From Candidatus Saccharimonadota bacterium (GTDB taxonomy: Bacteria; Patescibacteriota; Saccharimonadia; Saccharimonadales; Saccharimonadaceae): DNA of 64,000 nt. Positions within the stretch are counted from its first letter, which is position 1. Every line of letters begins with the position of its first letter. Both the position numbers and the translations under genes were made by a program. Of this stretch, positions 10,018 through 18,048 are shown in pieces. A model generated the notes under the pieces. The model was not told the DNA's origin. It made no database searches and saw only the letters and a program-made list of their open reading frames with translations. The stretch is from contig JAFWJE010000008.1 in assembly GCA_017511685.1 (NCBI GenBank), positions 9,638 to 73,637 on the forward strand, read 5' to 3'.

Positions 10018-10551
10018 TAGGCAGGCAGCATCCACCGGCGGAAGTTCTGGCCGGGATGGGATGTTGTTAGCAAACGAGTACGCTCTTGGGTCGTAAACCA
10101 AACGCTCATCACGAGGGGTGCGCAACCGGCAAAGTGCGTAAGAGAGGCACGAAGGGACGCGGTGAGAAAACGTCGCGAGACCGCCACAGGAAAGTGGCTG
10201 GCGATACGACAAGTAGGCGGCGGTTCAAGGTAGCATTCCAAACGCCGAGGTTACTACGGTGGCCAAGGACGTAAAAGTCGTACTTTAATATCCGCGCTCT
10301 GTATGACCTGAGGTTTACCGCGCCGGCAACGTGAACTCTGGTAGTCAGAACGACGCGCAGAATGGCTACTATTGGTCCTCCTCGGCCTATCCTAGCAATT
10401 CTAACAACGCGTACAACCTGAACTACGATACGTCCAACGTGAACCCTCAGAACAACAACAATAAGAACAACGGTTTTCAAGTACGTTGTTTGGCTGCGCG
10501 GTAGGGGGGCGTGGCATGTTTGCCCAGGATTGCTAGAACAATGTCTGCCTA
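10018..10551 (+). ncRNA. Predicted DGR template RNA (structured 5' leader + TR + 3' flank)
   Basis: TG-A-TATAAA extended -10-like site at about 10004-10012; nested long-range pairings between 10018-10107 and 10507-10551; several local hairpins. Confidence 0.7.
10314..10528 (+). repeat. DGR template repeat (TR)
   Basis: 215 bp, AAC/AAT-codon rich; matches the reverse complement of 12636-12850 except at 20 positions, all A in this copy. Confidence 0.97.
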
Positions 10552-11679
10552 ATATTCTATTCCACCCTTGCTTAGGATTTTCTTGATAAACTTATGGGCA
10601 TTCATATGGGTGGAATAGCCCATGTAAGAGATAATGCTCTCCGCTTTTTTTATGCCAAGCAAAAAACCCTCCATAGCGGCATAAGCATTACCTTTGAAAC
10701 GTTTGGACGGCAAGAGGCAGTTGATAAAAACGCGCATGCCAAGGAACTCACAACCATGTTCAATGGGCTGAATATAGAACTTTTTGGGGTGAAGCTTAAG
10801 ACCAATGCTACGCAGGTAATCACGAATAACTCCTGCGTCCACAAGAGCCTGTGGCAATTCTTCCTCGGTAACGACAATATAGAAGTCGTCAACGTAGCGG
10901 CCGTAGTGCTTATAGCCAAGCGTCATGGTGACAAAACGGTCAAACTGGTCAAGATAAATGTTAGAAAGTAGCTGCGATGATAGATTACCAATAACGATGC
11001 CGAAGCCAAGAGGCTGGCAGAACAAGCTCTTAGTGCTAGGCAAGTCACCCCATTCTCCGACAGATGGACGAATGCGCACGCCGTCAACTGGGTCGTCAAA
11101 AATCACCTCGTGCCAGAGGTATTTTAGAAGTTGGAATTTGTCGCCGCCGTGAGGAAATTGAACTTTGGCCCCGGCAATAGCGCGGTCAAAAAGCCGCTGA
11201 CGAGAAAGGCTCATAAAATAGCCTTCCAAATCAAACTTAAGCACATGACCTTTGCGTTTACCCCCGAGTGTAACCTGACGCATATCTTTTTGAAAGCACT
11301 TGATACCATAGAGAGTGCCCTTGTATTTGCGGCAGGAAAAAGACCGCTCTATAAAGCGTCGGTCCCACCAATCGTAGCACATATCGTAAATCAATCGGTG
11401 AACGAGGCGGTCCCGGAAAGAGGCGGCAAAAATCTCACGACGAACTGGCTTAGTGACGATAAAAGCAATGCCGCGACGAGGCTTATAGTGACGATTAACA
11501 ATGTCGTTAGTCAGCCAAGCGATGCGTTTTTTCCAAAAGGCTTCAAACATAAACTCATCTCTGGTGCGAAGTTTGCCTTTTCTGGTCTCAAAGAATGCCC
11601 TAGTCAACTGCTTTTCTAGCCAAGCGTGGCTAATTTTCAGTTTTCTGGCGCTTGACTTTGTCAATGCGTTTCTGCTCAT
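10549..11679 (-). CDS. DGR reverse transcriptase
   Basis: IFAASFRDRLVH, KFDLEGYF, GIVIGNLSSQ (DGR-type SQ motif), YGRYVDDF, EFLG; start uncertain (ATG 11679 or TTG 11697). Confidence 0.95.
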   Translation of the reverse strand: MSRNALTKSSARKLKISHAWLEKQLTRAFFETRKGKLRTRDEFMFEAFWKKRIAWLTNDIVNRHYKPRRGIAFIVTKPVRREIFAASFRDRLVHRLIYDMCYDWWDRRFIERSFSCRKYKGTLYGIKCFQKDMRQVTLGGKRKGHVLKFDLEGYFMSLSRQRLFDRAIAGAKVQFPHGGDKFQLLKYLWHEVIFDDPVDGVRIRPSVGEWGDLPSTKSLFCQPLGFGIVIGNLSSQLLSNIYLDQFDRFVTMTLGYKHYGRYVDDFYIVVTEEELPQALVDAGVIRDYLRSIGLKLHPKKFYIQPIEHGCEFLGMRVFINCLLPSKRFKGNAYAAMEGFLLGIKKAESIISYMGYSTHMNAHKFIKKILSKGGIEY

Positions 11680-12499
11680 GGATAATAGCAGCCTCAACTT
11701 TTTCTAATTGTTTAGCGATTTGGTCAACTTTTTTGACGGTGAGTAGGCGCATAGAAATGACGGAAATCATATAGCCGTTTAGCTGCCAGCGGTCGTTCAT
11801 CATACGCGCCAGCGCTTGCTCTGGAGATATAAGCCCCACCACGGCGTCATTTAATGCTAGTACCATATCAACCGTCAGTTTATCCATCGGCTCGCCATAG
11901 ACGCGGGAAACCTTGTTATCCATCACGGCGACTGGACGATGGACGACATCGTTTAATTTTAGGATTTCTGCTTTTAAGTCTGGCCAGATGGCGGACGGCT
12001 GGATGGAACGCTCTAGCATTTCCCAGAGCATATCGTCCTCTTTAACCATCCGGTTGAACTCCTCGGCGGTAACCTTATTTTTGAGGCAGATTTTAGCATA
12101 ATCGTCGGTCTGTAATGTTTGATAGCCGAGCTGTTCAGCCTCGTTTAAGCATTTTTCAATGCTAGGAATCCTAATGGAACCGTATTTGGACGGCGAATTG
12201 TAATCGTCATCCTCCCAAATCCGAATATTTTTTTCTGGACGGATACGCGGGACGATAATCTTGGCGTAGTAAACGACCGAATGGCCAATGATTCTCCACC
12301 ATTTTTTGTCACTACGATACAAGTGAACACAGTTGTCGTTGTTTTCCTCGAGTTTGGAGATTTTGTTTTTGCGCTCGTTAGACTCGCGCTGAAGACGTTT
12401 TTTCTCTACCACTGTGGCCAGAGCTTTAGCCTTTTTGATGTCAGCCGTGGTTTTGAGATTGGTACTCGGTGCCGATGTCGTTGTTTTCTGTTCGCTCAT
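11630..12499 (-). CDS. DGR accessory protein: N-terminal MutS-I-like region fused to an Avd-like four-helix bundle
   Basis: Directly upstream of the RT; C-terminal ~110 aa helical with Avd-like hydrophobic pattern; leaderless TGTGCTACAAT before ATG 12499. Confidence 0.65.
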   Translation of the reverse strand: MSEQKTTTSAPSTNLKTTADIKKAKALATVVEKKRLQRESNERKNKISKLEENNDNCVHLYRSDKKWWRIIGHSVVYYAKIIVPRIRPEKNIRIWEDDDYNSPSKYGSIRIPSIEKCLNEAEQLGYQTLQTDDYAKICLKNKVTAEEFNRMVKEDDMLWEMLERSIQPSAIWPDLKAEILKLNDVVHRPVAVMDNKVSRVYGEPMDKLTVDMVLALNDAVVGLISPEQALARMMNDRWQLNGYMISVISMRLLTVKKVDQIAKQLEKVEAAIIHEQKRIDKVKRQKTEN

Positions 12500-12635
12500 T
12501 CTCTTGATTGTAGCACAACGCGTGCGGTACGACAACAATTTTTCTTTTTGGCTGTGATTTTATGTGCGGATTTTTTGGATGATCAGAATGTTGACAGACC
12601 TTCTACTTTAACCATTCTTTTTTGAAGGCAGAAAA

Positions 12636-12850
12636 CCTGGGCAAACATGCCACGCCCCCCTACCGCGCAGCCAAACAACGTACTTGAAAACCGTAGTACT
12701 TACTGCTGCTGTCCTGAGGGTACACGAAGGACGTATCGTAGGCCAGGTAGTACGCGTAGTTAGAATTGCTAGGATAGGCCGAGGAGGACCAATAGTAGCC
12801 ATACTGCGCGACGAGCTGACTACCAGAGTACACGGCGCCGGCGCGGTAAA
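12636..12850 (-). repeat. DGR variable repeat (VR), including 24 nt past the stop codon
   Basis: Encodes YRAGAVYSGSQLVAQYGYYWSS...GFQVRCLAAR; TR adenines substituted. Confidence 0.97.
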
Positions 12851-14507
12851 GAGAGATAGGGTAGCTATCTAGGGTCTGGTAACCAGTATTAGTGGAGGTG
12901 TTGCCAGTAAAGCCAAGGTAGGCGTTGGTGAGGTTATTCCAGCTGACTTCCCAATCAGTGGCGCCAGAGGTTTTGTTACTAGTTGGTAGGCGCCAACCGG
13001 CTGGGCAGATGGAGCCATCTATATCGCCGGAGGTCTGGGTCTGCGAACCTTGCCCAGCGGTGGCACCGGTCCAGTTGTAATAGTATTCTGTGTTACCAGA
13101 GATGTCACCAGAGTAGCTGTAGCGAGTGATGCCGGAGAGAGGTTTAGTATTACCATTAATAACATAGTTATATGTATTATTGCTGCTTGTGTAGTAGCCA
13201 GACACGCCGGAAGCGAAGCTGCTATCGGTAATCTCAAAGGTGGAGCCATCATTCTTAGAGCCAATGCCACGCTTACTGTTATTATAGAGACCGAGGAGGT
13301 CGTAAGCGAGGTTGTCTGTCATCCAGCAGTTGCCGTCGGCAAGTTTCCTCACCGTATAGGATTTCTTAGTGCCAGTACCATCAGCATCACGGTCATCTAG
13401 GAGGGTAGTTTCTGGAATTTGGTTGGTGCCGTCGGCGGTGGCGGTGTAGTTTGATGCGTGGGCTTTGTCAATAATGTTTAAGCTAGATTTATTGGTGCTG
13501 ACTTCCGAAGCAGATGGAGCGTAGACGCTAGCGCAGACTTCTGGAGTCATTTCCTGCATAGTGGCGATTTGGTAGAATAATGGGAGTGGAGTTTTGACCG
13601 TAACGGTCATGTCGTAGGTCTTGCTGAATGGAGTGACGGTAACGGTGAGTGGAAGGTCCTCACCATCAGCGGCATCGGCTGGGAGGGTGCAGGTAATGAC
13701 AAGGTTGCCAGCGGCAGTGCTGACCTCATTTACTGTACAAGCATAACTCTCTGCGCCTTCACCGACGGTGACGGTGATGTCACTAGATGCGAGGGCGGTA
13801 CTGGTGTAGAGGTCCGTTACAATAGTGAGGGTTTCTCCCGGCTCGGCAGTAGCAGGATAGACGGCGGATGTGTCAAAGGAACCAGTGGTGGCATCTGGAA
13901 TGACTTCGTAGACTACATTACCAGTATAGGTACCAGACTTTAGGTTCATGTTGGCACTGACACCATATTTGACGTTCAAGGTATCACCACCAGAAGGAGT
14001 AGCAGAGCTGCTACTTGCTACCATGTATGGATCAGACTTTAGTGGGACAGCACCATAGGAAGTACCATTGTCTAGGCTTAGTCCCCAAGTGTTCATGGAG
14101 AGGGCAGTAGGATTATCTAGAGTGCCAGCGGTAGCTGGGATGAAGGTGGAACTGGTGGTATCGCCGTCTTTGTATAAGGCATTGCCTGGGTTATCTTCAC
14201 TATAATCAGTGCTTCTGTCCATGAAGACGTAGAGTTTATAGCCGTCTGGGTTATTAGTGATGGTGGTGACAGTATCTGAAGCAGTGGCAGTAGTGGCAGT
14301 AGGGAAGGTTTCTAGGTCAATGCTGACAGTGCTGGCGGACTGGACGGAAGTAGTATAGCCGGAAGCGCTGAAGTTAAAATGGAGGGTGTCAGCGTTAGAG
14401 AGGCTGGTTGGGGCGAAAACGGACGAGGCCATAAAAGCAATAAAGAAGGCTCCGCCAAAAACCATAGCAGAGCGAGCCAGAATGTTAGATTTTTGTTCTA
14501 TGCGCAT
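12660..14507 (-). CDS. DGR target: secreted protein with Ig-like domains and C-terminal FISUMP (Fib_succ_major)/CLec-fold domain
   Basis: Signal peptide; KLADGNCWMTDNL, YYYNW, SICPAGWRLPT, YWSS, GFQVRC; VR at 3' end. Confidence 0.93.
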   Translation of the reverse strand: MRIEQKSNILARSAMVFGGAFFIAFMASSVFAPTSLSNADTLHFNFSASGYTTSVQSASTVSIDLETFPTATTATASDTVTTITNNPDGYKLYVFMDRSTDYSEDNPGNALYKDGDTTSSTFIPATAGTLDNPTALSMNTWGLSLDNGTSYGAVPLKSDPYMVASSSSATPSGGDTLNVKYGVSANMNLKSGTYTGNVVYEVIPDATTGSFDTSAVYPATAEPGETLTIVTDLYTSTALASSDITVTVGEGAESYACTVNEVSTAAGNLVITCTLPADAADGEDLPLTVTVTPFSKTYDMTVTVKTPLPLFYQIATMQEMTPEVCASVYAPSASEVSTNKSSLNIIDKAHASNYTATADGTNQIPETTLLDDRDADGTGTKKSYTVRKLADGNCWMTDNLAYDLLGLYNNSKRGIGSKNDGSTFEITDSSFASGVSGYYTSSNNTYNYVINGNTKPLSGITRYSYSGDISGNTEYYYNWTGATAGQGSQTQTSGDIDGSICPAGWRLPTSNKTSGATDWEVSWNNLTNAYLGFTGNTSTNTGYQTLDSYPISLYRAGAVYSGSQLVAQYGYYWSSSAYPSNSNYAYYLAYDTSFVYPQDSSSKYYGFQVRCLAAR

Positions 14508-14778
14508 AATAAATTTTCTTAAATAACCTTCTTATGCTTTCTATTATATATGAGCTAAATGAAAAAGCAAGAGCTTTTTTGGATTTTTTTAGACTTTTTT
14601 GTAAAACGGTCCGTACTTTTTATAAAAATGTACTATACTAGAGTTGTATTACGATGATGGTAATGCAAACGGAGAAATACCTAAGCGAATCCCTCTTTTT
14701 TATACATGAAATATAGAGGGCGGTGTCCCGCATATTACACTGCAGGTCCTGCCCTCATTGCTTATAATTATACACCAA

Positions 14779-15183
14779 CTATTTCTCAAAATCAATAACC
14801 TTTCCGCTTTTCGTGATAATTTTCAAGCGTTTTATACTTTTCTTGCTTGTAAATTGTTTTTCAAGCTCTCTCAAACATTTTACTTGATGTCTTTTAGTAT
14901 GCCTGAGATCTATAATGACGTTCGGTGATTGTTTTAAAGCTTTCTGGATAGTATTCTCCATCAATTGATTACCCCCACCTATCGGTGCTTTCATCTCCCA
15001 TTTAGCACCGCCCATCCTAATATCTGGGGTATGTACGCCTTTGATATTGCTTGTAGGTATAAGGTCAACATCAAAACCCTGTTCAGTTAGAAAAACTGCG
15101 GTGGCATTCTCGTGTGCTTTTAGGACTACGCCATTGGGGGTTATTTTGCCTTTTTTATTCATCGGCGCGACATATTTTAGCAT
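14779..15183 (-). CDS. Stand-alone CdiA-C-like (PD-(D/E)XK tRNase-type) toxin-domain protein
   Basis: HENATA...TPDI...WEMKAP...KALKQSPNVIIDL pattern; start 15183 or 15162. Confidence 0.65.
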   Translation of the reverse strand: MLKYVAPMNKKGKITPNGVVLKAHENATAVFLTEQGFDVDLIPTSNIKGVHTPDIRMGGAKWEMKAPIGGGNQLMENTIQKALKQSPNVIIDLRHTKRHQVKCLRELEKQFTSKKSIKRLKIITKSGKVIDFEK

Positions 15184-15229
15184 AATTTCAGTGTAGCCAA
15201 GCAGATGTAAAAACGCAAGCACAAGGATT

Positions 15230-15796
15230 TTATTTTGTAGTGTAAAACGACAGGTGGCAGCGGGCGAATTTCTTGGTTTTTTGGTAAATAAGGTCCGGGA
15301 AAAGCAATTTAGGGTCAATCGTCTCGGGATGCGACAAAACCAGCTGGCCATGAGCGGCCAGATGCGACGCCAGAGGCGCAAAATCAGCGGCAGAAAACGC
15401 GTCATAGGGCGGGTCAATAAATATCAGGTCAAAAACACCGGGGATTTCGTCTGTGGTACTGGCGGTGATTTTTAGCTTAATGATTTCCGCCTGATTCTCC
15501 ACCCCTAGCGCCCGGATGTTATCAGAGACGGCGGACACGTCGCGGTCCACAAAAACGGCCGCTAGAACGCCGCGGGAAAGGGCTTCTAAGCCTAGCGCGC
15601 CAGAACCGCAGTAGCAGTCCAGTACGCGCTCGGCGCCGCTCAAAGGGCCTAAGGTGTTGAATAAGGCCAGTTTTTCGCGGTCCCCCATCGGGTGAGTACC
15701 AGTGCGCGGCACAGCCAGCCTCCGCCCCCGGAACTTACCAGAGGTGATGCGCACAGAGCTGGCGGAGGTAACAGGGGCGGCAGAAGCAGCAGACAT
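15230..15796 (-). CDS. rsmD: 16S rRNA m2G966 methyltransferase RsmD
   Basis: RITSGKFRGR, LDCYCGSGALGLEALSRG, IFIDPPY. Confidence 0.92.
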   Translation of the reverse strand: MSAASAAPVTSASSVRITSGKFRGRRLAVPRTGTHPMGDREKLALFNTLGPLSGAERVLDCYCGSGALGLEALSRGVLAAVFVDRDVSAVSDNIRALGVENQAEIIKLKITASTTDEIPGVFDLIFIDPPYDAFSAADFAPLASHLAAHGQLVLSHPETIDPKLLFPDLIYQKTKKFARCHLSFYTTK

Positions 15797-16629
15797 TAAG
15801 ACTCCGCCTCCTTAGGCAAGCTAGACAGCCAGCCAATAGTAATCATCTTGACTATCTCTGGCAGCAAAATCTCTTTGGACTCTAAGGCCAGCTCCGCATT
15901 CCAGCCCTTTTGGCGGAAGCGGTCGTACATCTTGAGGCTGTCAATCTTATGGAGCGATTTATAAAACTCTGCCTTAAGATCCAATTCCGCGGCGTGCGCC
16001 TTCAGCTGCTGCAGCTCCGCCGGCTTCAAAACAGGGGTCAGTGCCTTGTTTCGCAGTGGCGCGGCCACCAAAGCCACCCCATATTCAAAAGCGATATGCT
16101 TGGTCATCAGCCCCTCCGCACCCCAGTAAAGCCAGTTGTTGCGCGCCGCCTCCGCCAGACTATCACCACGCATAATGCCCTTAATCGGCTGGCCAAAAAT
16201 GGTGGCATACTCTTTTTCGGACATCAGTTCTTTTACCGCCTCTTGATACGGAAAATGGTGGGCCGGCGTGAGGCCATCAGTGATGACGTGGGCCAGCCAA
16301 GCTGCCTCAAAACTGGCGCGGACGCGGTCGCCCGCCTTTAAGGCCTTCCGCAGATTATACTGGTGGTCTAGCATCTCTTTGACTAATTTGCCATCGTCAG
16401 CATCCGGCAAGATAAAATGGAGCGACTCGTCCTGACCGGGAGATTTACGCTTCAGGCCGTCTGGACCCCGCATCCCCTCAAAATAGATGATCTCCTTAGC
16501 CGATGGAAAATCTACCTCTGGCACAAGCTGCGTCAGCCAAGCCCTGGCGGCACGGTCCAGACGCTGATGCGTGCCAGTAAGTTTGCCGCCGCGTTTAGAA
16601 TGTTTCAAAAGCCCAATCGTGGAATACAT
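15796..16629 (-). CDS. Zinc-dependent phospholipase C / P1-nuclease-like protein
   Basis: TH...PD...HF...LAHVITDGLTPAHH...HIAFE metal-ligand pattern. Confidence 0.6.
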   Translation of the reverse strand: MYSTIGLLKHSKRGGKLTGTHQRLDRAARAWLTQLVPEVDFPSAKEIIYFEGMRGPDGLKRKSPGQDESLHFILPDADDGKLVKEMLDHQYNLRKALKAGDRVRASFEAAWLAHVITDGLTPAHHFPYQEAVKELMSEKEYATIFGQPIKGIMRGDSLAEAARNNWLYWGAEGLMTKHIAFEYGVALVAAPLRNKALTPVLKPAELQQLKAHAAELDLKAEFYKSLHKIDSLKMYDRFRQKGWNAELALESKEILLPEIVKMITIGWLSSLPKEAES

Positions 16630-16633
16630 AATA

Positions 16634-17917
16634 CTAGTTCCTCAAACAGCCAATCGGCACTACAAAAATCCCTTCCTCTGCCCGATAAGCATAATTAGTT
16701 GCTGCCGTCAGTATCATTAGGAACGACGGCTGGTGCATTACATCAGCGTCAATGTTGCTAGCAAATTTCTTTAGTGACAAAAGACCTTCATTTATAGATA
16801 TTTCATCCGTGCCAAGCTTAATCTCTATAGCGCCCCATCTCCCGTCAGCTAGGTGTATCACTGCGTCGCTTTCCCGCCCAGCTTTGTCACGATAGTAATA
16901 AAGACGGCCACCTAAACTTTCGGCATAGACTCTCAAATCGCGCAACGCCATTGACTCAAATATTAGCCCAAATGTCTTGTGGTCCTTGCGTAAATCTTTT
17001 TCTGAAGCCAGAAGTGCAGCGGCGGCTAAAGAAGGGTCGGAGAAATTACGTTTTACTCCAGCCCTCACGGTGGTTTTACTCCTAAGTTGTGGCGACCAAG
17101 GCTCAATATTATCTAAGATATAGATGCGCTCCAAGATGTCAAGATACGTTGACAAGGTTTTGTCGCTAATCGGCTCGCCAGCCTGCTCGGCATCCGCCAT
17201 GATGGTCTGCAAAGACACTGGCGAGGCAATGTTGCGCGCAAGACTCCTTAGCACTACACGCATTTTGACCGGCGAAAATGCCACATCATTTTCTGGATTA
17301 TCAAAAGTCCGTTCGCTGAGAACTGCCTCCAGATAATCTCTGGCCATCTTGCCAGCATCCTCCACTTTGCGCCGAACGCTCATTGGCCAGCCTCCACGCA
17401 AGCAAAGGCGAGCGATGTCCTCCAAGTTCAGCTCAGATACGCCCGAGATTTTTTTGGTACCATCAAAGAGTTTTTTCAGCGAAACACTGCCATTAGAATC
17501 TCCAGATTCAAATAGCGTCATCGGCCGCATCACTATGCGCACAATACGTCCAGCTCCAGAATGCTTTGGTTTGTTTTTCTTAGGCGTGACGGAGCCAGTG
17601 AGGATGTACTGCCCGGTAAGTCCGCTCTTGTCTACATCGTAGCGAATTGCATCCCAAAGCGCCGGAGCATCTTGCCATTCGTCAATCAGCCGAGGTTTAG
17701 CACCATCCAATAAAATAGCCGGGTCGGTCCTAGCGATAATTCTATTATTCTCTGCGGTTGCCGGATTTTGTATCTCAATGAAGCTATTTGCAACGCGCCG
17801 AGCGGTGGTTGATTTTCCGCACCATTTACAGCCCTCCAACGAAACGGCGCCATATAGGCGTAGATTTTCTTTGAGGGTTTTATCCATCAATCTTGGGATA
17901 TAATCTTTAATTTCCAT
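16634..17917 (-). CDS. AAA_14 ATPase with DUF4143 domain
   Basis: GCKWCGKST, LIDEWQ, ILTGS, YYRDKAGRESDAV, IEIKLG. Confidence 0.9.
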   Translation of the reverse strand: MEIKDYIPRLMDKTLKENLRLYGAVSLEGCKWCGKSTTARRVANSFIEIQNPATAENNRIIARTDPAILLDGAKPRLIDEWQDAPALWDAIRYDVDKSGLTGQYILTGSVTPKKNKPKHSGAGRIVRIVMRPMTLFESGDSNGSVSLKKLFDGTKKISGVSELNLEDIARLCLRGGWPMSVRRKVEDAGKMARDYLEAVLSERTFDNPENDVAFSPVKMRVVLRSLARNIASPVSLQTIMADAEQAGEPISDKTLSTYLDILERIYILDNIEPWSPQLRSKTTVRAGVKRNFSDPSLAAAALLASEKDLRKDHKTFGLIFESMALRDLRVYAESLGGRLYYYRDKAGRESDAVIHLADGRWGAIEIKLGTDEISINEGLLSLKKFASNIDADVMHQPSFLMILTAATNYAYRAEEGIFVVPIGCLRN

Positions 17918-17974
17918 ATTAGCTTCATTATATCACAACATATTCAAAAAAGCAAAACCTCTATAACGGGGGTA

Positions 17975-18033
17975 ATTCCGGATTTTGCCTGGGCTTCATT
18001 CCGGATTTTGCCTAGGTTTCATTCCGGATTTTG
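17975..18033. repeat. 23-bp tandem repeat, about 2.6 copies
   Basis: ATTCCGGATTTTGCCTGGGCTTC / ATTCCGGATTTTGCCTAGGTTTC / ATTCCGGATTTTG. Confidence 0.9.
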
Positions 18034-18048
18034 GCTGTGCGTCAAGGA

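Larger units (their letters stand above)
10000..14507. mobile_element. Diversity-generating retroelement (TR, RT, accessory gene, VR-bearing target)
   Basis: TR/VR pair with adenine-only mismatches, DGR-type RT, Avd-like gene, CLec/FISUMP target. Confidence 0.97.

Noticed and set aside
9937-10480. Short ORFs over the TR and its leader
   Set aside because: They are antisense or shadow frames of the TR and structured RNA, with no recognisable protein features
10549-11697. Group II intron or retron RT
   Set aside because: The SQ motif, the accessory gene and the adenine-specific TR/VR pair identify a DGR; no intron domain V/VI or maturase extension recognised
8504-15230. Integrative island at tRNA-Leu carrying the DGR
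   Set aside because: I found no duplicated tRNA 3' end and no adjacent integrase; the location is only suggestive
17975-18033. Possible mini-CRISPR array
   Set aside because: Units are contiguous with near-identical intervening sequence, so there are no unique spacers, and no cas genes are present
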